Program-made: the position numbers and the translations under genes | Source of the DNA: a virus | Length of the DNA stretch: 64,000 nucleotides | IMG/VR virus record: IMGVR_UViG_3300010400_000004 | Coordinates: 1 to 64,000 of that record | Direction: 5' to 3' (one strand) | The notes under the pieces: generated by a model | The model's database searches: none | What the model was told of the DNA's origin: nothing | Seen by the model: the letters and a program-made list of their open reading frames with translations, nothing else | In this document: positions 36,780 through 45,629 of the stretch, piece after piece | Numbering within the stretch: position 1 is the first letter of the stretch | Layout: each line of letters opens with the position of its first letter

Positions 36780-36878
36780 TGGCGACAGACGGGGCGTATC
36801 GGGTTTGCGCCAGCGGTTTGTCCCGAACCACCGCTACCAGAGGAAGCTATCCTCGATTGGTCTTTCCTTCCGTCTGTC
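36780..36878 (-). ncRNA. 99-nt CCA-ended multi-stem RNA
   Basis: GACAGACGG/CCGUCUGUC closing stem followed by G-CCA; three internal hairpins. Confidence 0.55.
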
Positions 36879-37932
36879 ATAAATTGTTCGCTTGATTCTG
36901 GATATAAGCCACGAGTCTTTCTGTGTTACAAATAATGTCCAAGAAAAACTCTGCGCCACGTTTCGTCTTCAGTTCCGGCCTGGGCAAGTCCCAAATAGAC
37001 GCTGCGAAGGCGAGTAATTTTTCCCGATCCGGCGCAAGCATCGCGGCCAATTCGATCGCTTTTCGTTCCGCGATTACCTTTTCCTCTTCGGCCCTTTTCG
37101 CAGCCATTTCTGCCTCTGCCTTCGCCCGGGCTTCGCGTTCGGCCTTCAAAACCAACTCTGCCGCTTCTCGTTGTTTGCGGGCCTCCATTTCCACCTTTGC
37201 GAGTGCGGCGAGTTTTTCCGCCTTGAGACGATTCGCTTCTGCGTCCGCCTTCGCTTGAGCAGTTTTCAAATTGTCAGCGATTTGTTTTTCAAGTCGAATT
37301 CTTTCAACTTGAGCTGCACGAACTGCTGCTTCTTGTTCGATAGCGAGTTTTCTCAGCCGTTCATTTTCGAGACGCTGGGCTTCAAGTCGCTCCGCTTCTA
37401 TCCGCTTCGCGGTTTCAATCGCTTCACGTTCCGCTTTTTCCCGTTCGAGTTTCGCGGTGTGCGCGGCAATCGAATCGCGAAGAAGGGCCGAATAATTTTC
37501 CTCAGTCAAATCTGCAAGGTCGATGACGACCGGAGCGGAGAGATACGGACTCAATTCAGCGGTTCGCGATTCTCGGACCCCGGTTCGAATTCGCTCAGTT
37601 TCCCGCTCCGCAAAAGTTTCCTGCAACAGCAAACGTTCTTCAAGAGGTTCGAGGATTTTCAGCAGTTCATTCTTTCCGCCGTCAATCTTCCGACTTTCCT
37701 CAAGAACGCTTTCCTTCAGCTCTCGGTGTTTGTGGACGATCGCAATCCGGAGGTTTTTGATCGTAAGACGAGTTGCCCGGGCCAGTTTCATTTCTGCCAC
37801 CTGGGAAACATCAGTCACCGTCAACGTCTCCGCCGTGGTCTTCAGTTTCTCCGCCTGGGATTTAAAGTCGTCCCACACCACGAGCTGCTTCATCCGGGCT
37901 TCCGGCAATGAATCTACAATTTCAATTTCCAT
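36877..37932 (-). CDS. Long coiled-coil protein of the recombination module
   Basis: A...RL..K..R..I....ELK...L...R.IDG, E/A/K/R-rich, PDREKL; next to an exonuclease. Confidence 0.7.
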   Translation of the reverse strand: MEIEIVDSLPEARMKQLVVWDDFKSQAEKLKTTAETLTVTDVSQVAEMKLARATRLTIKNLRIAIVHKHRELKESVLEESRKIDGGKNELLKILEPLEERLLLQETFAERETERIRTGVRESRTAELSPYLSAPVVIDLADLTEENYSALLRDSIAAHTAKLEREKAEREAIETAKRIEAERLEAQRLENERLRKLAIEQEAAVRAAQVERIRLEKQIADNLKTAQAKADAEANRLKAEKLAALAKVEMEARKQREAAELVLKAEREARAKAEAEMAAKRAEEEKVIAERKAIELAAMLAPDREKLLAFAASIWDLPRPELKTKRGAEFFLDIICNTERLVAYIQNQANNL

Positions 37933-37936
37933 ATTT

Positions 37937-39055
37937 TTAGTCTTCTTTGTTCACCGCTTGCAAAAATACTGCTTCGCGTCCTCTTTCTACCACTTCCGCC
38001 TGTTCGATCACAACTTTAAAATCTTGGATCGCTTTTTTCTTGCTGCCTCGTGGTTGTTTGAATCCGATTGCGTCTTCGACTGCGCCGAGACCGACTTCGA
38101 GCGTCTGATTAAATTCCTCTTCCGTCAGATAATGCATCGCGTATTTTTTGAATTCAGGAAGGTTCGTCACTTTCCGACTGCCAGCCCGAGATTTCAATTG
38201 ATAACCGTCAGGAAGCGGAGCGCCACGTAGCACTCGATCGCACGTAACCTTACGAAAAGCTTCAGACCATACCTTCATTACCTGGGCGAGCTGCATTCCG
38301 AGGGAGGTGTTTGCGGGGTCTTGAATCATTGACGGCGTGACACTCTCAGGAATTTTCAGTGGGGAAAATTTATGTCCAATCTTTACAGCAAATTCCGTTA
38401 CCTTCGGACAGACCCCGACGTGCTTACAGAACAGACAATTCGGAATAGTCGGATTTGCAGAAGAAAAGTCGGCTTTTCCCCGCGCCTCCCTCGCCCGAGC
38501 GACCACCACTGTAACTCGAAGTAGGAGCGCCGGGATTTCTTCCCGTTTAAAGACATGCTCCGACACAACATCGATCGCTGGCTGTTTGAAGAAGAATCGT
38601 ATTGCTTCCAGTTTAGGAAACGCTTTAAAAAGTCCCAGGACATACGCAATTGCTTGAAGATTGTTTTCTGTTTTCTCGACCGCCCAAAGGCCCGACTTCC
38701 AGTCGAAGGCTTCGCAATAAGTTCCGGACCGATCAATGAAAGCACAGTCAAAATATCCAGCAGTTGTTTCGTTATCATCCACCGGAAGATATGTCTCTGA
38801 AATTTCAGTGAGCGGGCCTTTTAACTCCGAAACACATTGTTTTCTTTTTTCGTAAAAATCCAGGCAATCCGCCGCAATTTCAGCATCGTCGTCGCTGAGG
38901 GAATTATCATCTGTTCGATCTTCAATCGCTTTGTGGATTTTGGTGCCGACTTCAGCTCTAATATGAGTCTCTGAATTGCCCTGCCAGTGAGGGCAAGACT
39001 CTAGGGCTTGGAGAGTGCTTGGGGAATATTCGTGATGCTTGCGTTCTTCGCTCAT
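37937..39055 (-). CDS. PD-(D/E)XK Cas4-like exonuclease
   Basis: H...SPS......CP, GT.IH, G..D, DWKSG, N.Q...Y, C.FC....CP. Confidence 0.85.
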   Translation of the reverse strand: MSEERKHHEYSPSTLQALESCPHWQGNSETHIRAEVGTKIHKAIEDRTDDNSLSDDDAEIAADCLDFYEKRKQCVSELKGPLTEISETYLPVDDNETTAGYFDCAFIDRSGTYCEAFDWKSGLWAVEKTENNLQAIAYVLGLFKAFPKLEAIRFFFKQPAIDVVSEHVFKREEIPALLLRVTVVVARAREARGKADFSSANPTIPNCLFCKHVGVCPKVTEFAVKIGHKFSPLKIPESVTPSMIQDPANTSLGMQLAQVMKVWSEAFRKVTCDRVLRGAPLPDGYQLKSRAGSRKVTNLPEFKKYAMHYLTEEEFNQTLEVGLGAVEDAIGFKQPRGSKKKAIQDFKVVIEQAEVVERGREAVFLQAVNKED

Positions 39056-39534
39056 TGAAAATTAAGTCTCGCGAATTTTCCGAACTGAGATTTAGCTGCA
39101 CGATCATAAGCCTTAGCTGCATCTTGTTCATTCGCGAACGAACCAAGATGTTGTTTTTTGTTGTCGATTGAGATTTGGGCCGTCCATGATTTATGGTTAC
39201 AAGCCAAGGACACTCCCCGAAATTTAGAATGCTTGTTGTCCGGAAGCTTAATCCGGTTAGCGTGGTTCTGACTCCGAGTTGCAGGTCGGAGGTTCCGAAT
39301 CAAATTATTGAGGGAGTTTCCGTCTTCGTGTTCTCCGTCGAGCGGCTGACCCCGCAACTTGAGAATCTCCCGGTGGAGAAGGATGGTTTTCTTTTTTCCA
39401 TTTCGGATTACGTCTCGGGCAGCGTAAAATTTACCACCGCCATTGCTGAGAGAATACCAGTTATATTTTACTGCCCAGGCGAAGGTTTTTGGATCGACTT
39501 CTGTTGAAAGCCCCCGTGTAAGGAAAATTTTCAT
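39052..39534 (-). CDS. HNH-AP2 homing endonuclease
   Basis: LHREI, EHEDGNSLNN...NLR.AT.SQN, SKFRGV, LGSF..E..AA.AYD. Confidence 0.9.
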   Translation of the reverse strand: MKIFLTRGLSTEVDPKTFAWAVKYNWYSLSNGGGKFYAARDVIRNGKKKTILLHREILKLRGQPLDGEHEDGNSLNNLIRNLRPATRSQNHANRIKLPDNKHSKFRGVSLACNHKSWTAQISIDNKKQHLGSFANEQDAAKAYDRAAKSQFGKFARLNFQ

Positions 39535-39725
39535 AACTCATAACCTGTCAGTTCTTTCAATCTCTTCGCCACTTTCCACAAGGCGATTGCTTCGATTTGC
39601 CTGAGTCGAGTTGTGGAAATGCCGAATTGCGCGGCGACTTCTACCGGCGATTTGAGGGGCGTCAGTTTGTTTGCGATTGCCGCGCCGATCCTCAGCCGCT
39701 CTTTGTTTTCGGGAGAGAGTGTCAT
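39531..39725 (-). CDS. Stand-alone sigma70 region-4-like HTH protein
   Basis: S..EVA..FGIS..R.RQIE..AL.K. Confidence 0.7.
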   Translation of the reverse strand: MTLSPENKERLRIGAAIANKLTPLKSPVEVAAQFGISTTRLRQIEAIALWKVAKRLKELTGYEL

Positions 39726-40033
39726 ATCAAAAGCCTCGAAAATTTTTGATGAAAACCCACCAGAGAAAAATCACGGTGGCGATTACGCCGAGTATTACCC
39801 CGGCCAGGATTAACAAGAGAGTTGTCATTTAGCACCTGCCTTGAACCGGCGATATTCCGGCTTGTCAGATCGAAGATTTTCGTGCCGGGTGATGCTGAAT
39901 TTCTTGCCGTCCGCATCGACGTTGTGATAGACAACCATTTGGACGTTCTTGCGTTCGGAGGTGGAGACTACTGTTCTGGCTTTCATGTTTCACTTTCTGC
40001 TGGCGCTTTATTGCTCCAGCTACCGAGTTTTGT

Positions 40034-40225
40034 TTAGTGTTTCCGCATTACCGCTTTCTTCAAATTCTCTTTGCCTTTGTTGTGGGTTGGAACCCAGCCA
40101 TGATCGACGGCATTTAAAAGCCGCTTCTGTGCTTCGGCGTTTTTCTTCGTCATGTTCCGGCCCTTCACGCCGCCCGGTGTCGAGTTGGTGTAGCCGCCTT
40201 TGGTTTTGCGAGTGGTCACTGGCAT
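40034..40225 (-). CDS. Small basic hypothetical protein
   Basis: 63-aa ORF, TPGGVKG...T...AEAQKRLL. Confidence 0.55.
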   Translation of the reverse strand: MPVTTRKTKGGYTNSTPGGVKGRNMTKKNAEAQKRLLNAVDHGWVPTHNKGKENLKKAVMRKH

Positions 40226-40237
40226 ATTTGAACTGTG

Positions 40238-40420
40238 TCAGAGTTTTGGTTTTTTCGCAACCTTTAATTTCCAACCATACGGGATTTCTTTTTGTTTCGC
40301 GGGTCGGGTCCGGATGGGATAAATCATCTGAAGCATTGCACAACCGCCTTCTAAAATTTCAACGACCACGAAAATTTGTCTAAGCGGAGTTTCCCACCGA
40401 TCGTTAAGTTTCCAGTTCAT
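40238..40420 (-). CDS. Hypothetical protein
   Basis: ATGA-coupled to the helicase. Confidence 0.45.
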   Translation of the reverse strand: MNWKLNDRWETPLRQIFVVVEILEGGCAMLQMIYPIRTRPAKQKEIPYGWKLKVAKKPKL

Positions 40421-41877
40421 TTTTTGAGTTTTAGATTTTCGGGTTGCAGATCGCCGTCGTTAAGAGCCGAAAGATTATCCAGTTTGCTCCGCAACGCACT
40501 ATACATTTTCATCTCCACCGTGCCAGCAGCGAACAACACCCGGTAATGCGATTTCGACTTTCCGCCGTCGCGAGGGAACCTGCCGACGAGCTGTTTAAAC
40601 GTCGTTGCGCTCCACGGCGGCGACACGAGGCCGAACCGTGGGAAATTGCCGTCTAAGTCTTGGAGTCCGATGTTGACGCTTCCGACTTCTGAGTTGAGAA
40701 CTAAGCATTTCAGATCATTGTTTTGATATTCAGCAATAATTTCATCGCGCTTTTTACCCGTAACGGTGCCGTCGATAAAAGGGCAATGAAGCAATGCGGA
40801 GATTCGTTCCAAAGAGTCTCGAAAGTTACAGAAAATTCCGACGCTGAAACCTTGCTCCATTCGGTCTCTAGCTCGCTCAACAAAGAGCGGAACTTTAAGG
40901 AGTTCGATTGCCTGTCTTGCGCGGAGGATTTTCGTAAGTTCGTGCTCGCCTTCGATTTCTTTGTAGAGTTCTTCGATTTCTTTTTCATAATCTGTGTTGA
41001 GTAGCTCCGCCTGGATGTCCACCTCGGGAAAATTCGGCACTTCATCCGTCGTTATCCGAATGCCGCGACTCGGAAAAATTTGCTGGCGAATAGTGTCCAT
41101 CGTCTGACGCTGCTTTTCCGCGCTGACCCACCATTTCCACGAAGAAAATTGTCTGTCGAATTTCGCGCCGTGACTAGCGAGCCAACCTGAGAAAACCTTT
41201 TTGACGTGTCCCTTGCTCTCCAGCAGACCGCGCATGTCGAGCGCGTGAAGGTCCAGGCTGAAGCCGATTGCCTTGAGTTGAAGTATCGTTTGAGCTGGAG
41301 TGGCCGAGAGCATGAGGTGTCGGATGCGTTGTCGCTTTGCGGCTATAAGCAGCTCCGAGTTGAGCGAGTCGAGTCCGCCGCATTTGTGACATTCGTCGAA
41401 GATGATAAATTTAACAGCGGCGTTGAACCTGAAGTCGCCTGGATTGATCCGTTTGGTTCGAAGGTCAACGCAGTGTATCCCTTCGGCGTTTGCAACGCAA
41501 GGTGATGACAAATCTTCGACCGACGAATATTTCCTCTGACAGCATTCACAAACGAATATAACGGGTCTCCCGGCGTCGAGCGCAACCTGATTTGCCCAAG
41601 AACCGTATAAAGTGTGTCCAAGTCTAAGCTTTTCATAATTTACGATGCTGAGTTTTTCGTTGAAGTGTTCGCAGACTCGCTGCCATCCACTGACGGCGAT
41701 TTTCGGCACGACCGCCAGAGTAGGTAGATTGATCGCTTGTGCAATGGCAACGGCAACAAAAGTCTTACCTGTGCCTGTATCGCTTCCATCGATAGCGGAT
41801 ATATTTTGCTGTAGTATCTCATAAAGCCGGTTCGCCGGTTGCAGTTGCCAGGGCTTGAGTTTGTCAGTAGTTATCAC
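40417..41877 (-). CDS. SF2 (SNF2-like) helicase with Cys-rich insert
   Basis: LKPWQ, DTGTGKT, FDECH, LSATP, Q.VGR..R. Confidence 0.9.
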   Translation of the reverse strand: MITTDKLKPWQLQPANRLYEILQQNISAIDGSDTGTGKTFVAVAIAQAINLPTLAVVPKIAVSGWQRVCEHFNEKLSIVNYEKLRLGHTLYGSWANQVALDAGRPVIFVCECCQRKYSSVEDLSSPCVANAEGIHCVDLRTKRINPGDFRFNAAVKFIIFDECHKCGGLDSLNSELLIAAKRQRIRHLMLSATPAQTILQLKAIGFSLDLHALDMRGLLESKGHVKKVFSGWLASHGAKFDRQFSSWKWWVSAEKQRQTMDTIRQQIFPSRGIRITTDEVPNFPEVDIQAELLNTDYEKEIEELYKEIEGEHELTKILRARQAIELLKVPLFVERARDRMEQGFSVGIFCNFRDSLERISALLHCPFIDGTVTGKKRDEIIAEYQNNDLKCLVLNSEVGSVNIGLQDLDGNFPRFGLVSPPWSATTFKQLVGRFPRDGGKSKSHYRVLFAAGTVEMKMYSALRSKLDNLSALNDGDLQPENLKLKK

Positions 41878-42105
41878 GACGATAAACTCCGACGAACAAT
41901 TTGTAAACCTGAATCATCCAGCGGCGACGGGCTGGGCAATAAGAAAAATCCAGCCATCGAGTGCCTTCGTAGTATCTTTGCCATGCCCAATGAATTTTCA
42001 TGCCCGGGAAATCCACGCGATGATTTTGAACTGAATCCTCAGACGACCGATGCAAATCGTTTTGATCGGTCCGACTGCATACCAACGGAAAAAGTTTCTC
42101 ATAAT

Positions 42106-42378
42106 TTAAACGTGGCGAGTAACGAGGTAAAAGGAGGTGTAAAGTCCGGTCTCTCGATCCGAGCAATTATACCACTCGAATTTTACGACATTCTTGTTGA
42201 AGTCGCCAATCTCGGGAACCTCGGTCGCGAAAAACATTATCTGAGGTGCCCACGGAAACCCAGGCCGGAGATTCACCGGGCAAAAAGCGATGTCGCGCTT
42301 GCCCCACAGGGCACGCGCACGGGCTTTTGATACCCGGGTGAAGGTGGTTGCGCCCGACTTGATGGTAAAGTGCCTCAT
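42106..42378 (-). CDS. Hypothetical early protein
   Basis: ORF downstream of promoter 42673-42700. Confidence 0.55.
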   Translation of the reverse strand: MRHFTIKSGATTFTRVSKARARALWGKRDIAFCPVNLRPGFPWAPQIMFFATEVPEIGDFNKNVVKFEWYNCSDRETGLYTSFYLVTRHV

Positions 42379-42385
42379 AAACGAT

Positions 42386-42631
42386 TTAGAGCGACAAGAA
42401 CGCTTCGATTTGTTGCTTGGTGAAACCTTCACGAAGAGCCTTCGCTCGAAAAACGTCAGTCTTGGAAACCGGCTTACCGAAAGCTCCGAAGGAAGGCCAG
42501 GAGTTTTGAGAAATGCGGGACAATGCTTCGGCGCGGGACATTCCGCCGACAAAATCCACAAAAGCATCTTGAGTCGCTTGCTCATCGATACCGCCGAATG
42601 TTCCGATTACTGGTTTGAAGTTTTTGCTCAT
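42386..42631 (-). CDS. Hypothetical early protein
   Basis: First ORF after the promoter and leader hairpin. Confidence 0.55.
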   Translation of the reverse strand: MSKNFKPVIGTFGGIDEQATQDAFVDFVGGMSRAEALSRISQNSWPSFGAFGKPVSKTDVFRAKALREGFTKQQIEAFLSL

Positions 42632-42644
42632 GTTTTTTGTTTCA

Positions 42645-42664
42645 GTCCGCCTTTATTGGCTGAC
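42645..42664 (-). repeat. 20-bp leader repeat copy 1 (GTCAGCCAATAAAGGCGGAC)
   Basis: Identical to 50018-50037. Confidence 0.85.
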
Positions 42665-42672
42665 CTACCCAC

Positions 42673-42700
42673 ACAATAGTCCATCCCGCGCCATTGTCAA
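42673..42700 (-). promoter_or_regulatory. Promoter TTGACA-N16-TATTGT
   Basis: Exact -35 in an intergenic gap. Confidence 0.75.
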
Positions 42701-42781
42701 CAGGTGAGGAAGAAAATAATTGCGATTATCCGCAAGTTCCTGATACGCATACACCTGCAAGTGTATTCGATTCTATCAGAC

Positions 42782-42997
42782 TCACTGTATTTTTTCAACC
42801 GAAGAAACATCGTTGTCGAAATAGGCCATGATTGTGTTCGTGAGGTTCACCGCCATCGTGAGCGATAGCGTGAATAACTCGAACCAGTCCATAGACTGCC
42901 ACGTCGAGGCTTTAAATCCTTTCGTTCCGGCCAGGAAAACCACTGCGGCGGCAGTGAAACCGTAACAAGCCCGCTTGAAAATTTTTCGCGCTTTCAT
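42782..42997 (-). CDS. Small two-TM membrane protein
   Basis: Two hydrophobic segments; ATGA-coupled to the secreted FN3 gene. Confidence 0.55.
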   Translation of the reverse strand: MKARKIFKRACYGFTAAAVVFLAGTKGFKASTWQSMDWFELFTLSLTMAVNLTNTIMAYFDNDVSSVEKIQ

Positions 42998-43923
42998 TTT
43001 GTTCGAGCGGCAATTGTTGCGGTATATGCCGAGGTGCCCGTGCTATTCGATCGGTTAGCGCGAAAATAATACAATCGCTTTCGCTTGAGGCCGCTCTTTG
43101 TAAAAGTCGATCTCGGATACCGGACCGTTCCAGCGAGTATAAAATTGTTGAGGGACATCTCGGAGTAGAAAACCGAAACAGATTCTCCGTCGAGGGTAAC
43201 GTCCCATTGTAATCCGATGGTGTTCCCGGTCGATCCGGTCACTCTGAAATTCGCCGGAGGTGCTGGAGGTTGCGGAGCTGGCGCGGCGGTTACTATGAAA
43301 CTCGTCATCGGTCCGCCGAGCCAGACGGAGGTTCCATCATTCACTGCGAGGTAAGCGTTCCAAGTTCCGAGTGAACTATTGCTATCAACCGTCCAAGTGC
43401 CTGAGTAATTTATCGTCTGCCCGGGAACAATCGTCTGTGCGGATACTGCTGGAGTTGCCCAGCGATACGGACCATCTGCGCGAGTCGCTCCGGGTTCGAG
43501 TAGCGTAAGACTGCCTTGAGTGACTACATAATTTGCAGTTCCAGTATTTTTAATCGTCGCAGTGAAGGCTATAGTCTGTCCGATTGCGACACTTGTTTTA
43601 TCAACTGTCGGGGCTGTGAACACAAGGTTCGAAGTTGCCGGGGGCGCTATATAAGTGGCGGTGCTACTCGGTCCCGATTCACCACCGCTGTTAAAAGCAG
43701 TGACGTAATAAACCGTGGTGACGGTCGCCGGTCGAGAAAACGTAAGATCGCTGGTGGTTCCGACAGCAGAAAAATTTACTCCGCCGTCTGTCGATTCAAA
43801 CAATTTATATCCCGTTGCTCCGGACGAGGGGTCCCAGGCCAGTGTTACCGTTGCTGCCTGAGAGAAAACCTGACATGCGAACAGCAAGAGGGAGGTTAGT
43901 ATCGATGAGGTTAGTTTTTTCAT
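42994..43923 (-). CDS. Secreted FN3-Ig-FN3 protein
   Basis: Start at MKKLTSS signal peptide; VTLAWD...GYK...YYVTAFN..GES.PS; Ig-like TATIKNTG; PPAPPANF...LQWD...YYFR. Confidence 0.8.
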   Translation of the reverse strand: MKKLTSSILTSLLLFACQVFSQAATVTLAWDPSSGATGYKLFESTDGGVNFSAVGTTSDLTFSRPATVTTVYYVTAFNSGGESGPSSTATYIAPPATSNLVFTAPTVDKTSVAIGQTIAFTATIKNTGTANYVVTQGSLTLLEPGATRADGPYRWATPAVSAQTIVPGQTINYSGTWTVDSNSSLGTWNAYLAVNDGTSVWLGGPMTSFIVTAAPAPQPPAPPANFRVTGSTGNTIGLQWDVTLDGESVSVFYSEMSLNNFILAGTVRYPRSTFTKSGLKRKRLYYFRANRSNSTGTSAYTATIAARTK

Positions 43924-44455
43924 TGTAGGTAGTTTGTTGTGTAAGGACGTTGAATCGACTAAGGAACAAGTCTCGGACTGCGGAGCGGGGCAAACTTTCG
44001 CCCCAGGAAAAATCCCACCAGTCGATCGGGTTCGGCGCGGCGACGATCGGAATATCTTCGTCTTTGCCGAAATAGCACGACTCCGCATACATAGCGGCTG
44101 CATCGGCTTGATGAACGAGAGGCGGCAGCGGAAACTCGAATCCGAATTTGGCTGCGATGATGGTCATTAACCGGTTTTCATAGTGCTGATATTCCGGCAT
44201 GCCGCGTTTAATCGGCTTCGCTAGATCGCCCAGGTATGCCTCGCTTGCATCGTGCAATAGCCCAGCCAGCCCGGGACCGGCATAGCTGACATAAAGCGAA
44301 TGAAGACCCACGCTGTAAAAGTGCGGGATATGTCCAGCCCATCGGCAAACCATACTGAGGGAGTGGGCGATGTCCGAGAGATGAATGTCTGCGGGGTCTG
44401 GTTCAAGCGGATAAAACTTAGTGCCCGAGATCGTTCGAATAAAATCACTCTTCAT
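43805..44455 (-). CDS. HD-domain phosphohydrolase (YfbR/5'-deoxynucleotidase-like)
   Basis: DIAHSLS..CRW.GH...YSV..HS, LLHDASEAYLGD...P.K, AD. Confidence 0.88.
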   Translation of the reverse strand: MKSDFIRTISGTKFYPLEPDPADIHLSDIAHSLSMVCRWAGHIPHFYSVGLHSLYVSYAGPGLAGLLHDASEAYLGDLAKPIKRGMPEYQHYENRLMTIIAAKFGFEFPLPPLVHQADAAAMYAESCYFGKDEDIPIVAAPNPIDWWDFSWGESLPRSAVRDLFLSRFNVLTQQTTYNEKTNLIDTNLPLAVRMSGFLSGSNGNTGLGPLVRSNGI

Positions 44456-44660
44456 ATATCGTTGAATGAACTTCCAGCTTCAAAATTCGCAAAGTTGTGT
44501 TCTTAGACCAACCTGATTTCCTTTTGGCAATTTCAGGCTTGACGTAGTTGTCTCGATGCCAAATAGCCTCAAAAAGAGTCTCGTGGTTTTCACCGATGAC
44601 GTATTTTTTACCGTCCTTCGGATCGACTGCTTCGACTTGCCAATACCGTTTGATTATCAT
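44445..44660 (-). CDS. Hypothetical protein
   Basis: ORF between dcd and the HD gene. Confidence 0.5.
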   Translation of the reverse strand: MIIKRYWQVEAVDPKDGKKYVIGENHETLFEAIWHRDNYVKPEIAKRKSGWSKNTTLRILKLEVHSTIYEE

Positions 44661-44700
44661 GCTGCTACCTTCTCAAGAAGCCACGCCGTTGATTTAGTGC

Positions 44701-45303
44701 TCACAATTTTGCTGTAGTTATTCCAGTTTGATTTTGGTATTTTCCTTTTTTATCGGCATACGAAATTTTACACACGTCCGAGGCTTGGAAAAAAATCAAC
44801 TGTGCGATACCTTCGTTGGCGTAAATTTTCGCGGGCAATGGAGTCGTGTTCGAAATTTCGATGGTGAGGTGTCCACTCCATTCTGGCTCAAGAGGCGTGA
44901 CATTCACGATGATACCACACCTTGCGTAAGTGGATTTGCCAACGCAGAGAGCGAGAATGTCCCGGGGTATTCTGAAATACTCTGCACTGACTGCGAGCGC
45001 AAAGCTATTCGGCGGAACGATGCAATATTCTTCCGTATCAATCGTAACGAAGGCATCGTCTCGAAAATCCTTAGGGTCAATAACGGTGTTGTGGACGTTG
45101 GTGAAAACTTTGAATTCGCTGCCAACTCGAATGTCGTAACCGTAGGACGACAAACCGAAGCTGATTGCTTTTTCAGAGATAACCCCGCCAGGAGATTGTC
45201 TGATTACTTCCCTTACTTGGTGGTCGTGAAACGGATTTATCATCGAGCCGGGGCCACGACCGACACAACGCTCTGAGATTTGTTTATCACTTAACACGCT
45301 CAT
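44701..45303 (-). CDS. dcd: dCTP deaminase
   Basis: [60 protein letters not shown]. Confidence 0.96.
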   Translation of the reverse strand: MSVLSDKQISERCVGRGPGSMINPFHDHQVREVIRQSPGGVISEKAISFGLSSYGYDIRVGSEFKVFTNVHNTVIDPKDFRDDAFVTIDTEEYCIVPPNSFALAVSAEYFRIPRDILALCVGKSTYARCGIIVNVTPLEPEWSGHLTIEISNTTPLPAKIYANEGIAQLIFFQASDVCKISYADKKGKYQNQTGITTAKL

Positions 45304-45629
45304 ATTTCATCTATCTTTCTACCGGCCACGCCTGCGATCACCCAATTTATTCCCCGGCGTCGTTCATTCTGTAATTCTGCCTCGCGCCAGGAACAATATT
45401 TCTCATCGAGACGGCGGATTGTTTCTTCAGAAAATCTTCGGTCTCTATCGCAGAGATGTTCGAGATTAGGTTGTAGTGTTATCAGGATGAGATTTGCTGT
45501 CAACAATCGGTATCGTAGTTTTTTCTTCGCCGTCTTTGATTACCTGAGGTTCGAGTGTGGCATCCCCGGGCCACGGCACGGTTGCGTTCGTCATATCCTC
45601 TGTAACTATTTTGGTTTTGTCGTCGTTTT

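Noticed and set aside
36671-36878. tmRNA or tRNA-Sec
   Set aside because: No TTCRA T-loop, no UCA anticodon, no tag frame, and too short for tmRNA; kept as unclassified structured RNA.
37937-39055. Cas4-like nuclease as part of a CRISPR system
   Set aside because: No repeat-spacer array or other cas genes seen; this family is a normal part of phage replication modules.
43805-44455. DatZ / Z-genome pathway
   Set aside because: No purZ or mazZ homolog visible.
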